In this document: positions 1 through 9,426 of the stretch, in pieces | Numbering within the stretch: position 1 is the stretch's first letter | Layout of the letters: each line of letters opens with the position of its first letter | Assembly: GCA_016219925.1 (NCBI GenBank) | Contig: JACRJU010000013.1 | Coordinates: 102,566-166,565, forward strand | Origin: Candidatus Uhrbacteria bacterium | Lineage (GTDB): Bacteria > Patescibacteriota > Patescibacteriia > UBA9934 > GWF2-40-263 | Length of the DNA: 64,000 nucleotides | Direction: 5' to 3' | The notes under the pieces: model-generated | The model's database searches: none | Told to the model about the DNA's origin: nothing | Seen by the model: only the letters and a program-made list of their open reading frames with translations | Position numbers and translations under genes: made by a program

Positions 1-2
1 CC

Positions 3-440
3 GCGCGATTTTATCGTGACGCGGTGGAGGAGTGCGGATTAAAAAAGCTATTGGGTGCATGGGTGCGCGTGCCGGAATTTCAATCCCGCTCAGCCTATTT
101 TTCCGGGTTCAACGATCTGCTCTCAACAACCGACTTGCTGTGGACCAAACCAAGTGAGTTGTCGTTTTACTGCGGGCTTGGGATTGCCATTATTATGGCG
201 CCTCCGATTGGTTCACAGGAAGAATTTAATCGCGTATGGTTGGATTATGTGGGTGGCGGAGTTCCACAAAATGATCCAAAATACACGAGCGAATGGTTAT
301 TCGATTGGATTGACTCCGGTGGAATGGCGCGAATGGCTTGGAACGGATATGTGGAGGCTCCCACACACGGCACCTATCGCATTGAAGACCTCGTTTTAGG
401 AAGAAAAAGCGAGATTCATCCACTCCCTCTTATCGTATGA
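3..440 (+). CDS. Conserved hypothetical protein, 5'-truncated by the window (DUF6938/glycosyltransferase-like C-terminus)
   Basis: Frame is open from the window start. Contains DLLWTKPSELSFYCGLG..PIGSQEEFN motif; stop overlaps the next ATG (ATGA). Confidence 0.6.
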   Translation, partial: ARFYRDAVEECGLKKLLGAWVRVPEFQSRSAYFSGFNDLLSTTDLLWTKPSELSFYCGLGIAIIMAPPIGSQEEFNRVWLDYVGGGVPQNDPKYTSEWLFDWIDSGGMARMAWNGYVEAPTHGTYRIEDLVLGRKSEIHPLPLIV

Positions 441-2017
441 ACACCACTCTTCAACATTTGATCGATACGATCGTGCAGATGCAATCGCCCGAGACCGATG
501 AAGCGCAGGAGGATGTCATCAAAGTTTCCGACACGATTGCCGTCGCCGCTTCGGTTTATGAAACGGTGCGCAATACGCTTGAATACGACGATGAACATTT
601 GTTGCGTCGCAACGCTATTCGGCGAATCCTCAAGCGCCGATTGGGAGAGATCGATTCAAGCAAGCTTGCCTTAAAGTTGTTGCGTGAGCTTATTTGGGCA
701 AAGTATCTGCCCAACAAAACCATCCCGAACCAACAAGCGGACGTCGTCGCAACAGTTTTGGAAAAGTACAAGCGAATGTTTGGAAGTTTGGAAGAAGATA
801 CCAAAGATGGACAAAACGGTTATGCGTGGTTGCTTGATGCGCTTTCAACCGAAATTGAATATCAAGTGGCTCCGCCGTGTGTGGATGAATCCATGGCGAG
901 TTTTGCGTATCAAGCGCTCAAAGAGCGGGTGCAATTTGAGACCGCACTGATCGATCCCAAAGATCAGGATCTGCAACTCTATATTGCGGTTCATCGAGCG
1001 GTTTTGAAGTCCAATCGGGCCACTCTACGATATCGTTTGTTGACGCTTTATTATCCCAAATGGCGAACCGCCAATGCGGGCGATCAGGCCGTGAGCGAAG
1101 TGGCGATGAGTTTGAACACGGTGATGCATTCGATCGACGAGCAGATTACCAACCCGGCAGCGGAGGCGGTTTTCCGTTTTGTCCGCCGGCACAGCATGGT
1201 TTTCCATGTCATTGGCGACATTGCCAAGGATCATCCCGAGGCGTTTGCGTCCGCCGTCGAATCCCGCGATCTCAACACGCTTGACGCGGCGCTCACGGCC
1301 GCGGCAAGCGAACGCTATAAAACCTTTCGTTCGCGCTTGAGCCGAACGGTGGTGCGCGCGGCATTTTTTCTGCTTCTAACCAAGTCCATCTTGGCGTTTT
1401 TAGTTGAGTATCCCTATGAGGTCTTCTTACTTCAGACGACGGATTATCTTCCGCTGGCCGTGAACATTTTGTTCCCACCACTTCTGCTGGCGTTTATTGG
1501 ACTGACCGTGCGCATTCCGAAAAAGAAGAATACCGAGATGGTGCTCGAAGAAGCCCACGCCTTTTTGGAAGTGGGAGAGGAGCAAACGTTTTTATTCAAA
1601 CAACGTCGCCCATGGGGAAGCGGGCCGTTGTTTGCGATTTTCAATTTGCTTTATCTTATCTTTTTCGCTCTGACGGTTGTGGTCATTGCGTGGGGGCTTT
1701 ACGCATTCGGGTTCAATAGTCTTTCCATTTTTTTCTTCCTCTTCTTTCTTTCTCTTGTGGCGTATTTTGGCTTGCGCATTCGCAACACGCGCCGCGAGTA
1801 TCTGGTGATGGATTCATCGGGCGGTTTTTTTGGCATTTTGGGAGATATGATTTTTTTGCCGATCGTTCGCGTTGGCCGATGGATCGCTCTGCGCGCACCA
1901 CGTGTCAACATCTTCCTTTTCTTCTTTGATTTCATTATTGAAGCTCCGTTTAAGGCAACCATTGATGTGATTGAAAGTTGGTTTGCTTTCTTGCGCGAAA
2001 AGCGCGAAGAAATTTAG
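437..2017 (+). CDS. Conserved hypothetical membrane protein (526 aa, C-terminal TM helices)
   Basis: Long ORF with YETVRNTLEYDDEHLLRRNAIRRIL N-terminal motif and about 5 hydrophobic segments. Confidence 0.75.
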   Translation: MNTTLQHLIDTIVQMQSPETDEAQEDVIKVSDTIAVAASVYETVRNTLEYDDEHLLRRNAIRRILKRRLGEIDSSKLALKLLRELIWAKYLPNKTIPNQQADVVATVLEKYKRMFGSLEEDTKDGQNGYAWLLDALSTEIEYQVAPPCVDESMASFAYQALKERVQFETALIDPKDQDLQLYIAVHRAVLKSNRATLRYRLLTLYYPKWRTANAGDQAVSEVAMSLNTVMHSIDEQITNPAAEAVFRFVRRHSMVFHVIGDIAKDHPEAFASAVESRDLNTLDAALTAAASERYKTFRSRLSRTVVRAAFFLLLTKSILAFLVEYPYEVFLLQTTDYLPLAVNILFPPLLLAFIGLTVRIPKKKNTEMVLEEAHAFLEVGEEQTFLFKQRRPWGSGPLFAIFNLLYLIFFALTVVVIAWGLYAFGFNSLSIFFFLFFLSLVAYFGLRIRNTRREYLVMDSSGGFFGILGDMIFLPIVRVGRWIALRAPRVNIFLFFFDFIIEAPFKATIDVIESWFAFLREKREEI

Positions 2018-2022
2018 AGCTC

Positions 2023-3030
2023 ATGGCCACCAAGCGTCGTTACTGGCTTTCCTTCGTATTGTTTGGGATTTTTTTCCTTGGAGTTTTTGTGCTGTATTGG
2101 CTTTATCACAACCGTTTGGACCATCCCCAGCTTGAACCAACCCGCTATGGCATCACTTTTTCAACGGAGTATGCCGGGCAACTTGGTTTAGATGCGGCCC
2201 AGACCTATCGCTCTTTGATCGAGGATTTAGGAGTTCGTTCCGTGCGCTTGCCCGTGTATTGGTCGTCGATTGAGCGGGAAAAAGGATCGTATGATTTTGC
2301 GCTTTTGGATCAGTTGGTTGCGTATTCTCAGGCTATGAACGTCAAACTCACCCTTGTCGTTGGGACGAAGGTGCCACGCTGGCCGGAGTGCTATGTGCCA
2401 GATTGGGCGGAAGTTTTGGGCGTCAATGAACAGCAGAGAGCGGCTATTGATATGATCACGACCGTTGTCACGCGGTATAAAGATTCGAGCGCCGTTGAGC
2501 GCTGGCAGGTGGAAAATGAACCATTCTTTCCGTTTGGCACATGTCCCACCATGACCGTGGCTCAGTTTAGAGAGCGTGTTGAGGCCGTGCGAAAGCTTGA
2601 TCCGGCTCGGCCCATCCAGGTCACCGTGAGCGGAGAGATTGGTCCATGGTCGACCGAGACCGATGAGGCGGATATTTTGGGGGTCTCGATGTATCGGCTC
2701 ACCTGGAATGATTTGTTCGGCTACTTCATGTATCCCCTTTCGCCGGAGTATTATTATGTGCGCGCGCAACTCGCTCAGCAAAGAGTTTCCAAAGTGATTA
2801 TTTCAGAACTGCAAGCTGAACCCTGGTTTCCCGAACCGCGCGAAAAGCGTACACTGGCTCAGTGGTATCAATCATTTGATGCTCAAATGTTTGATAATAA
2901 TCTCCAGTTTGTGAAAGACACGCACTTGCCGGAAGTTTATTTGTGGGGAGCGGAGTGGTGGGCGCTCCTTAAAACGCATGGCGATGATCGATTGTGGAAT
3001 GTGGCGAAAGAAGTATTTGGAGGAGCCTAA
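2023..3030 (+). CDS. Membrane-anchored clan GH-A glycoside hydrolase (GH5/GH42-like)
   Basis: N-terminal TM anchor, WQVENEP acid/base motif, ISELQAEPW nucleophile region; ATG at 2023. Confidence 0.75.
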   Translation: MATKRRYWLSFVLFGIFFLGVFVLYWLYHNRLDHPQLEPTRYGITFSTEYAGQLGLDAAQTYRSLIEDLGVRSVRLPVYWSSIEREKGSYDFALLDQLVAYSQAMNVKLTLVVGTKVPRWPECYVPDWAEVLGVNEQQRAAIDMITTVVTRYKDSSAVERWQVENEPFFPFGTCPTMTVAQFRERVEAVRKLDPARPIQVTVSGEIGPWSTETDEADILGVSMYRLTWNDLFGYFMYPLSPEYYYVRAQLAQQRVSKVIISELQAEPWFPEPREKRTLAQWYQSFDAQMFDNNLQFVKDTHLPEVYLWGAEWWALLKTHGDDRLWNVAKEVFGGA

Positions 3031-3038
3031 TTTTTTCT

Positions 3039-4454
3039 ATGTCTAAAATTCCTTCCTACGATGTTTTGGTTATTGGTTCTGGCGCCGCTGGGTTTTCTGC
3101 GGTTGAAGCCGCTCGAGCGCAGGAAGCGAGTGTCTGTTTGGTCGAAGCTGGACGACTTGGTGGAGAATGTCCCAACGATGCCTGCGTTCCATCCAAGGCT
3201 TTGCTCAAAGCTGCACAAGTGTATCGCCAAGCCCAACATGCCCGCGAGTTTGGTGTGCAACTTGGCCAGGTTTCTTTTGATTTTTCCGAAATAATGCGCT
3301 ACCGCCAGTCCGTAGTGAACGCGATCACTGGGGATGGCGAGCGCGGCGCGCGTTATGAAAAAATTCTCAAATCCATGAAGGTGGAGGTGAAATTTGGAAA
3401 AGCATCTTTTGTGGATGACCACATCGTTGAGGTCGGAGCATCTCAGGTTCAGGCTCGATCGGTGGTGATTGCCACAGGTTCTGTGGATTTTATTCCGCCC
3501 ATCCCCGGACTCGACAGCGTAAAATTTTTGGGAAGCGCGGATGCGATGAAGCTCAAACGTCAGCCTAAAGCGATTGCGATTATCGGAGGCGGACCTGTGG
3601 GCTGTGAACTTGCAACCTTTTTTGCCTTGATCGGCACGCGCGTCGTCTTGTTGCAAAGCGCTCCCATGGTTTTACATCGCGAGGACGAAGAGATTTCAAA
3701 ACTCGCCCGCCAAGCTCTTGAAGGATTGAAAATTGAATTGTTCACGAATGCAAGCGTGGTCGAAGTTGTTAATGGCGGGGGAGGAGTGTATGGTCTCAAA
3801 GTTGATGTGGCGGGGAATCGATCTATGCACGCGGTTGAACAGGTGCTTGTGGCAACAGGCAAGCGCGCGTGTACAAAAGGCTTGGCCGTTGAGGAAGCAG
3901 GCATCCGTTTGGGAAAACGCGGGGAGATTGAAACCAACAAAGAACAAAAGACGAACGTGCCGAATATTTTTGCCGCGGGCGATGTCGCTGGCGGAATGAT
4001 GTTTACTCACACGGCACATCACGAAGGCTGGGTGGCTGGCACAAACGCCGCGCTTGTGGCCAAAAAGAAACGCTCTACGCGACTCAAGAGTGATGAACGG
4101 GTGGTGCCGCGTTGTACGTTTGTTGTGCCTGAAGTGGCCTCTGTTGGTCTCACCCAAGCCGAAGCACAACAGGCGTTCAAACGTGTTTTGGTTGGTCGCG
4201 CTGATGTTTCTTCCCTAGGTCGATCGGTAACAGACAACGCGCGTTTTGGATTATTGAAAATCGTGGCTCATCCCAAAACACGCAAAGTGTTGGGCGGTCA
4301 CATGATGGGGGAGCGCGCGGGCGAAGTGATTCATGAGATCGCGCTTGCGATTCATCTGGGGGCCACCATCGATAAGCTCGCAACGCTCATCCATGCGTAT
4401 CCAACGTACAGTGAAGCCGTCGTTTCTGCGGCGGCAACGGCACAATTCGAATAG
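3039..4454 (+). CDS. Pyridine nucleotide-disulfide oxidoreductase (LpdA/MerA-like family)
   Basis: GSGAAG FAD motif, GGECPNDAC redox-active disulfide, GGGPVG NAD motif, AAGDV, C-terminal YPTYSE. Confidence 0.9.
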   Translation: MSKIPSYDVLVIGSGAAGFSAVEAARAQEASVCLVEAGRLGGECPNDACVPSKALLKAAQVYRQAQHAREFGVQLGQVSFDFSEIMRYRQSVVNAITGDGERGARYEKILKSMKVEVKFGKASFVDDHIVEVGASQVQARSVVIATGSVDFIPPIPGLDSVKFLGSADAMKLKRQPKAIAIIGGGPVGCELATFFALIGTRVVLLQSAPMVLHREDEEISKLARQALEGLKIELFTNASVVEVVNGGGGVYGLKVDVAGNRSMHAVEQVLVATGKRACTKGLAVEEAGIRLGKRGEIETNKEQKTNVPNIFAAGDVAGGMMFTHTAHHEGWVAGTNAALVAKKKRSTRLKSDERVVPRCTFVVPEVASVGLTQAEAQQAFKRVLVGRADVSSLGRSVTDNARFGLLKIVAHPKTRKVLGGHMMGERAGEVIHEIALAIHLGATIDKLATLIHAYPTYSEAVVSAAATAQFE

Positions 4455-4496
4455 GTCGCGTGATCCCTCGGTCTTCTTACTTCTTGTTTCTCCCCT

Positions 4497-5066
4497 ATGT
4501 CTTCCGGCGAAATCGTTTTTGACATCGAAACCCAGTCAGCCGCCCTTAGTGATCTTCGGGCCCTGCGTATGAGCGTCATTGGATGCTATTTTTATGATAC
4601 TGATTCGTTTGAAGTCTTTGAAGAAAATGAATTGCCACAGCTTTGGCGACGATTCGAGCATGCCAGCCGATTGATTGGTTACAATAGCAAAGGGTTTGAT
4701 TTGCCTGTCATGAACAACTACTACAGCGGGGATTTTCTCAAGTTTAATAATCTCGATATTTTGGAAGAAATCCATAAAGCGCTCGGGTTTCGCTTGAAAC
4801 TGGATGATGTGGCCGGCGCGACCATCGGTGCGCATAAATCTGGCCATGGGTTGCAGGCCGTAGAGTGGTGGAAACAGGGAGAGATCAACAAAATTAAAGA
4901 GTATTGTTTGCAGGACGTGAAGATCACGCGGGACGTGTATGAATATGGCCTCAAATATGGTGCGCTGGCTTACGAAGATCGGTTGTCGGGTCGCAAGGCG
5001 ATCCCGGTCAATTTTCGTAAAACCGAGCCCGTTCCGATGAAAATCAACCTAACGATGGGGCTTTGA
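4497..5066 (+). CDS. RNase H-like DEDD 3'-5' exonuclease domain protein (YprB-like)
   Basis: FDIET, GYNSKGFD and YCLQDV Exo I-III motifs. Confidence 0.8.
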   Translation: MSSGEIVFDIETQSAALSDLRALRMSVIGCYFYDTDSFEVFEENELPQLWRRFEHASRLIGYNSKGFDLPVMNNYYSGDFLKFNNLDILEEIHKALGFRLKLDDVAGATIGAHKSGHGLQAVEWWKQGEINKIKEYCLQDVKITRDVYEYGLKYGALAYEDRLSGRKAIPVNFRKTEPVPMKINLTMGL

Positions 5067-5068
5067 GG

Positions 5069-5139
5069 TGTGGATAAACAGGTCTTTGACGCACAAGATA
5101 TAGTGGTCTATCATAAAAGGTGACCACAATATGTAGTGG
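5069..5139 (+). promoter_or_regulatory. nrdJ sigma70 promoter with a DnaA box and two NrdR boxes
   Basis: TGTGGATAA 5069-5077; TTGACG 5086-5091, 17 nt, TATCAT 5109-5114; CACAAGATATAGTG at 5092 and CACAATATGTAGTG at 5125 match the NrdR-box consensus. Confidence 0.8.
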
Positions 5140-5379
5140 GGAAAGGCGTCGTGGCCAGAGACCCTTCCAGGAGTGAATAGGAATGATCCCAACGGGATTG
5201 TTTTTAGTCTGCTTGTGTTGCTTACAAAATGGGCGAGCTATCGGCTGACGCTGCGGTCGTCACCTCACCGTACATCGGTGTACGGCTCGGTGCCGTCCTC
5301 GCGTTGTAGCGATATCTCATCCCATTTTGAAACCAACACGTCTGGTTTTGAGCTGATGTCTGCGTGCTGTCAATCTTCT

Positions 5380-5450
5380 TGCGGTTTGAGCTATGTCGGA
5401 GGGAACAGCGACGAGGAGTCCGCTGGCCCGGAGACATAGCATAAACCGCA
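5380..5450. repeat. Structured hairpin motif, copy 1 (GGAGGGAACA..GAGTCCG.TGGCCCGGA core)
   Basis: Core shared with 8757-8833 and 39837-39878; closed by gctatgtc/gacatagc and tgcggttt/aaaccgca. Confidence 0.7.
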
Positions 5451-5495
5451 AAACAATACCGCCAACAGTTACTTTACTCCTCTGTTACTTCCTTT

Positions 5496-8400
5496 ATGTC
5501 CGATCAACCGATCTCTAAAGTTCAAGTTTCCTCCTTGGACACGACCAATGTGGCCGACGCGGTTTGGCAATTTATGACCTCCGTAAAATCGTTACGGAAG
5601 CGCGATGGATCAGAACAAGATTTTGATGCTCGCAAACTCACACACTCCATTCGAGCCGCGCTTTTGGCCGCCGGCATGAAGCCTTCGCTTTGCGAGAAGA
5701 TCACCTCGCAAGTCATTTCTCGTCTTACACATCAGTTTGATGGCCACAGTGTGCCGACATTTGCCGATGTGCGCGAAGCCGTTGAGGTGACGCTCATCGA
5801 TAACAATCTGATTCATGTTGCAAAGAAGTACTTGTCTTTTCGCGGATCGGAATCTCGCGCGGCGCAAACCGAGCGTTATGGAAAGGGGATTACTGTTGAT
5901 CGTTTTTTCACCAAAGAAGGCGTTCATCCTTATGACGAGATCGAATGGGAAAAACGTGACGCGGTTATTTCAGGATCCAAAGGGGAGGTTGTATTTGAAC
6001 AGAAAGGAGTTGAAGTTCCAAAATCGTGGACGCAGACTGCGACGAATATCGTTGTTTCAAAATATTTTTTTGGGACGATTGGCAAAGATGATCGCGAATA
6101 TTCGGTAAAACAGTTGGTTCACCGCGTCGCATCCACCATCGCCAACTGGGGTCGCAAGGACGGCTATTTCCAAACCGGAGAAGATGCGCAACATTTCGAA
6201 GACGAGCTTCATCATATTTTGGTCAATCAAATGGCCGCTTTTAACTCACCGGTCTGGTTTAACGTCGGGACGACTCGTCCCCCACAGTGTAGCGCCTGCT
6301 TTATCAATTCTGTTGAAGATGACATGCGTTCTATTTTGAATCTGTGCGTGACGGAAGGTACGTTGTTTAAGGGAGGCTCTGGGACAGGATCCAATCTCTC
6401 TAAACTCCGCTCCAAGCACGAATACTTAAGCGGAAGCAATGGCAAAGCCTCCGGTCCGATTTCGTTTATGAAGGGTCTTGATGCTTTTGCAGGAGTGATT
6501 AAAAGCGGAGGCAAAACGCGTCGAGCGGCCAAAATGGTGATTTTGGATATTACGCATCCCGATATTGACGATTTCATCATGTGTAAGGTGGAGGAAGAAA
6601 AGAAAGCCTGGGCGCTGATGGACGCCGGATACGATGGTTCGATTGACGGTCCGGCTTATGCCTCCATCTATTTTCAAAACGCCAACAACTCGGTGCGCGT
6701 GACGGATGATTTTATGCGCGCGTACGAGACCGACGACTCGTGGGCGACTCGCGCCGTCACAACCGGCGAACCGGTGAAAACCTGGAAAGCGCGCGAGCTC
6801 ATGGATATGATGGCCGATGCGGCATGGCAGTGCGGCGATCCGGGCATTCAATATGATACGACGATCAACGACTGGCACACCTGTTCGAACACGGATCGCA
6901 TTTACGCGTCCAATCCGTGCAGTGAGTACATGTTCCTCAATGACAGCGCTTGCAACCTCGCTTCGCTTAACCTCATGAAGTTTCGCAAGCTCGTCGGGAG
7001 CGAAATGGTGTTTGATGTGGAGTCTTTCAAAAAAGCCAATGAGGTCATCATCACCGCCATGGAAATTATCGTCGGCAATTCGGTCTATCCAACCCCGGCG
7101 ATCGAACAGAACAGCTATGACTACCGCCCACTGGGCATCGGCTACGCCAACCTCGGTGCTTTGCTTATGAGCCGCGGGCTTCCGTATGATTCGGATGCCG
7201 GTCGCAATCTCGCGGCGGCCATCACGTCTTTGCAAAGTGGTCACTGTTATTATCAATCGGCTAAGATTGCGGAAAAAGTCGGACCGTTTGCTGGCTACAA
7301 AGCCAATGAAGATCCTTGTTTGCGTGTGATGCGCAAACATCGCGATGCCTCTTATGAAGTGGCCACCGATGGAGTGCCGGCGGATTTGCTTAGCGCGTCT
7401 CGCGTGGCTTGGGACAATGTCGTTGAGCAGGCGAGCCAGTATGGTTTGCGCAACGCACAAATTAGCGTGATCGCTCCGACAGGAACCATTTCTTTCCTCA
7501 TGGATTGTGATACGACTGGCGTCGAACCGGATATCGCACTTGTGAAATACAAATGGTTGGTTGGGGGTGGGATGTTCAAGATTATCAACAACACAGTTCC
7601 TGAAGTTCTGACGCGTTTGGGATACACCCAAACGGAGCGCGATGATATTTTGGCCTTCATTGAAAAAAACGACACGATTGAAGGAGCTCCGCATGTGAAG
7701 ATCGAACATTTGCCGGTGTTTGATTGTGCGTTCAAGGCGGCCAATGGCACGCGTACGATTCAGTACATGGGTCATGTACGCATGATGGCCGCGGTTCAAC
7801 CGTTTGTTTCCGGCGCCATTTCCAAAACCGTAAACATGCCCCATGAAGCGACCGCGCAAGATATTGCCGACGTTTATGTGCAAGGATGGAAGCTCGGGCT
7901 CAAAGCGATCGCCATTTATCGTGATGGCTCCAAGCGCCAGCAGGCGTTGACGACATCCAAAGAAAGCGACGCGAAGAAACAAAATGAATCTTCTATCGTT
8001 GCGAAAAGCGAACCGAAGGCGAGTGGCGAGGCCATCTCAACGGTTACGACCCAGACTGATCAACGTCTCCGCCGACACCGCCTTTCCGATGAACGACGCG
8101 CCATCACGCACAAGTTTAAGGTCGGGCCGCATGAAGGATATATCACCGTCGGTCTCTATGATGATGGAGCGCCGGGAGAAATTTTTGTCACCATGTCCAA
8201 AGAGGGATCCGTCATTAGCGGACTGATGGATAGTTTTGCAACAGCGATTTCTATCGGCTTGCAATACGGTGTTCCCCTGGAAGTCTTGGTCAATAAATTC
8301 GTTCACATGCGATTTGAACCTTCCGGATATACCAACAACCCCCAAATCCGCATTGCCAAATCCATCACGGATTACATTTTCCGTTGGCTTGCCATCAAGT

Positions 8401-8669
8401 TTTTGCCGCGGGAGTCGCAGATGACTTTGGGCATTAACACGGTGGACGAATCGCTCGACCAGCCTGTGAAAACCGCGGACGAAAAAGTGGAATTCGCGAC
8501 TCCGACCGTTCCACAACCGAAATTATTTGAACGGACACAGAGTGATCACATCCAAACTTTCGATAATCAGTCAGATGCGCCAGCCTGCGACACGTGCGGT
8601 TCGATCATGGTGCGCAATGCCGCCTGTTATAAATGTTTGAATTGTGGGGGAACGAGCGGGTGTAGCTAA
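5496..8669 (+). CDS. nrdJ: Class II (adenosylcobalamin-dependent) ribonucleotide reductase with N-terminal ATP cone and C-terminal Zn-ribbon domain
   Basis: KRDG ATP cone, FNSPVWFN, QCSACFI, SNPCSEY catalytic motif, APTGTISF, SGAISKTVN, C-terminal CDTC..CLNC. Confidence 0.97.
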   Translation: MSDQPISKVQVSSLDTTNVADAVWQFMTSVKSLRKRDGSEQDFDARKLTHSIRAALLAAGMKPSLCEKITSQVISRLTHQFDGHSVPTFADVREAVEVTLIDNNLIHVAKKYLSFRGSESRAAQTERYGKGITVDRFFTKEGVHPYDEIEWEKRDAVISGSKGEVVFEQKGVEVPKSWTQTATNIVVSKYFFGTIGKDDREYSVKQLVHRVASTIANWGRKDGYFQTGEDAQHFEDELHHILVNQMAAFNSPVWFNVGTTRPPQCSACFINSVEDDMRSILNLCVTEGTLFKGGSGTGSNLSKLRSKHEYLSGSNGKASGPISFMKGLDAFAGVIKSGGKTRRAAKMVILDITHPDIDDFIMCKVEEEKKAWALMDAGYDGSIDGPAYASIYFQNANNSVRVTDDFMRAYETDDSWATRAVTTGEPVKTWKARELMDMMADAAWQCGDPGIQYDTTINDWHTCSNTDRIYASNPCSEYMFLNDSACNLASLNLMKFRKLVGSEMVFDVESFKKANEVIITAMEIIVGNSVYPTPAIEQNSYDYRPLGIGYANLGALLMSRGLPYDSDAGRNLAAAITSLQSGHCYYQSAKIAEKVGPFAGYKANEDPCLRVMRKHRDASYEVATDGVPADLLSASRVAWDNVVEQASQYGLRNAQISVIAPTGTISFLMDCDTTGVEPDIALVKYKWLVGGGMFKIINNTVPEVLTRLGYTQTERDDILAFIEKNDTIEGAPHVKIEHLPVFDCAFKAANGTRTIQYMGHVRMMAAVQPFVSGAISKTVNMPHEATAQDIADVYVQGWKLGLKAIAIYRDGSKRQQALTTSKESDAKKQNESSIVAKSEPKASGEAISTVTTQTDQRLRRHRLSDERRAITHKFKVGPHEGYITVGLYDDGAPGEIFVTMSKEGSVISGLMDSFATAISIGLQYGVPLEVLVNKFVHMRFEPSGYTNNPQIRIAKSITDYIFRWLAIKFLPRESQMTLGINTVDESLDQPVKTADEKVEFATPTVPQPKLFERTQSDHIQTFDNQSDAPACDTCGSIMVRNAACYKCLNCGGTSGCS

Positions 8670-8756
8670 GGAATCACAAGGATCACGTTTCGTTCGAGCC
8701 CCTTCAGTTGATGTAACCTCCTTCAGGATGACAGGCAAAGATTTCTTCGTACGATC

Positions 8757-8833
8757 GCGATGACGATCTATCCTGCCGGAGGGAACAACGGCGACGAGTC
8801 CGTTGGCCCGGAGGCAGGATAGATCGTCATCGC
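8757..8833. repeat. Structured hairpin motif, copy 2 (21-bp perfect closing stem)
   Basis: gcgatgacgatctatcctgcc / ggcaggatagatcgtcatcgc enclose the conserved core. Confidence 0.75.
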
Positions 8834-8870
8834 ACTGACAAAACACAACTTTCGTAATTCACAGCTATAA

Positions 8871-8903
8871 AGAGGGCTCATCATGTCCCTCTTTTTTGTT
8901 TTT
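8871..8903 (+). terminator. Intrinsic terminator downstream of nrdJ
   Basis: agaggg..ccctct followed by a T-run. Confidence 0.6.
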
Positions 8904-8925
8904 GTGATAAAATGAGCTCGAACCT

Positions 8926-9426
8926 ATGGTTAACTTTCCGTTTAAGCGTCAAGAGGAAGTTCCGGCACAACCTCCGGAGGTTTTGCATTCTCTCGCACCG
9001 GAGGTTTCTTTGGAGCAGTCCAATGAACAGCCTGGGCAATCCCCTGAACAATCTCTCGATAAAAAACCAGAAGCCACAGAACCAACACGCCCAGCGGATT
9101 TGCCAACCACCACGCCCTTCAGAGCATCTCCGTCCGTCTCTGCTGATCCGATGATAAAGCGCATCGAATCTATTTTGGAAGAAGATATGACGGATTTATA
9201 TTTAAACCTGTCACCGAAGGATCAAGTCGTTTTTAAACAGAAAGGCGAGGAGACCCTGACGAAAATACGTGTGCTCATGCAAAAGACGAAAGTAAATGCG
9301 AAGAAAATTTTTGAGCTCATTCGTGCATGGCTCCGGCTGATCCCGGGCGTCAATCGGTTTTTTTTGGAACAGGAAGCCAAAATTAAGACAGATAAAATTC
9401 TGCTTTCCAAAGATCGCGAATCATGA
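8926..9426 (+). CDS. Hypothetical protein (disordered P/E/Q-rich N-terminus, conserved-looking C-terminus)
   Basis: 166-aa ORF with WLRLIPGVNRFFLEQEAKIKTDKIL; ATGA overlap with the next gene. Confidence 0.7.
   Translation: MVNFPFKRQEEVPAQPPEVLHSLAPEVSLEQSNEQPGQSPEQSLDKKPEATEPTRPADLPTTTPFRASPSVSADPMIKRIESILEEDMTDLYLNLSPKDQVVFKQKGEETLTKIRVLMQKTKVNAKKIFELIRAWLRLIPGVNRFFLEQEAKIKTDKILLSKDRES

Noticed and set aside
3039-4454. Mercuric reductase (merA) call
   Set aside because: No C-terminal Cys-Cys pair, no NmerA domain and no mer operon; kept as a generic disulfide oxidoreductase.
5138-5170. Possible cobalamin riboswitch (GCCAGAGACC resembles the B12 box) upstream of nrdJ
   Set aside because: Only about 35 nt from the predicted TSS, leaving no room for the aptamer; it folds as a simple hairpin.
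6426-7982. 518-aa antisense ORF inside nrdJ
   Set aside because: Codon-register mirror of nrdJ with no independent signals.
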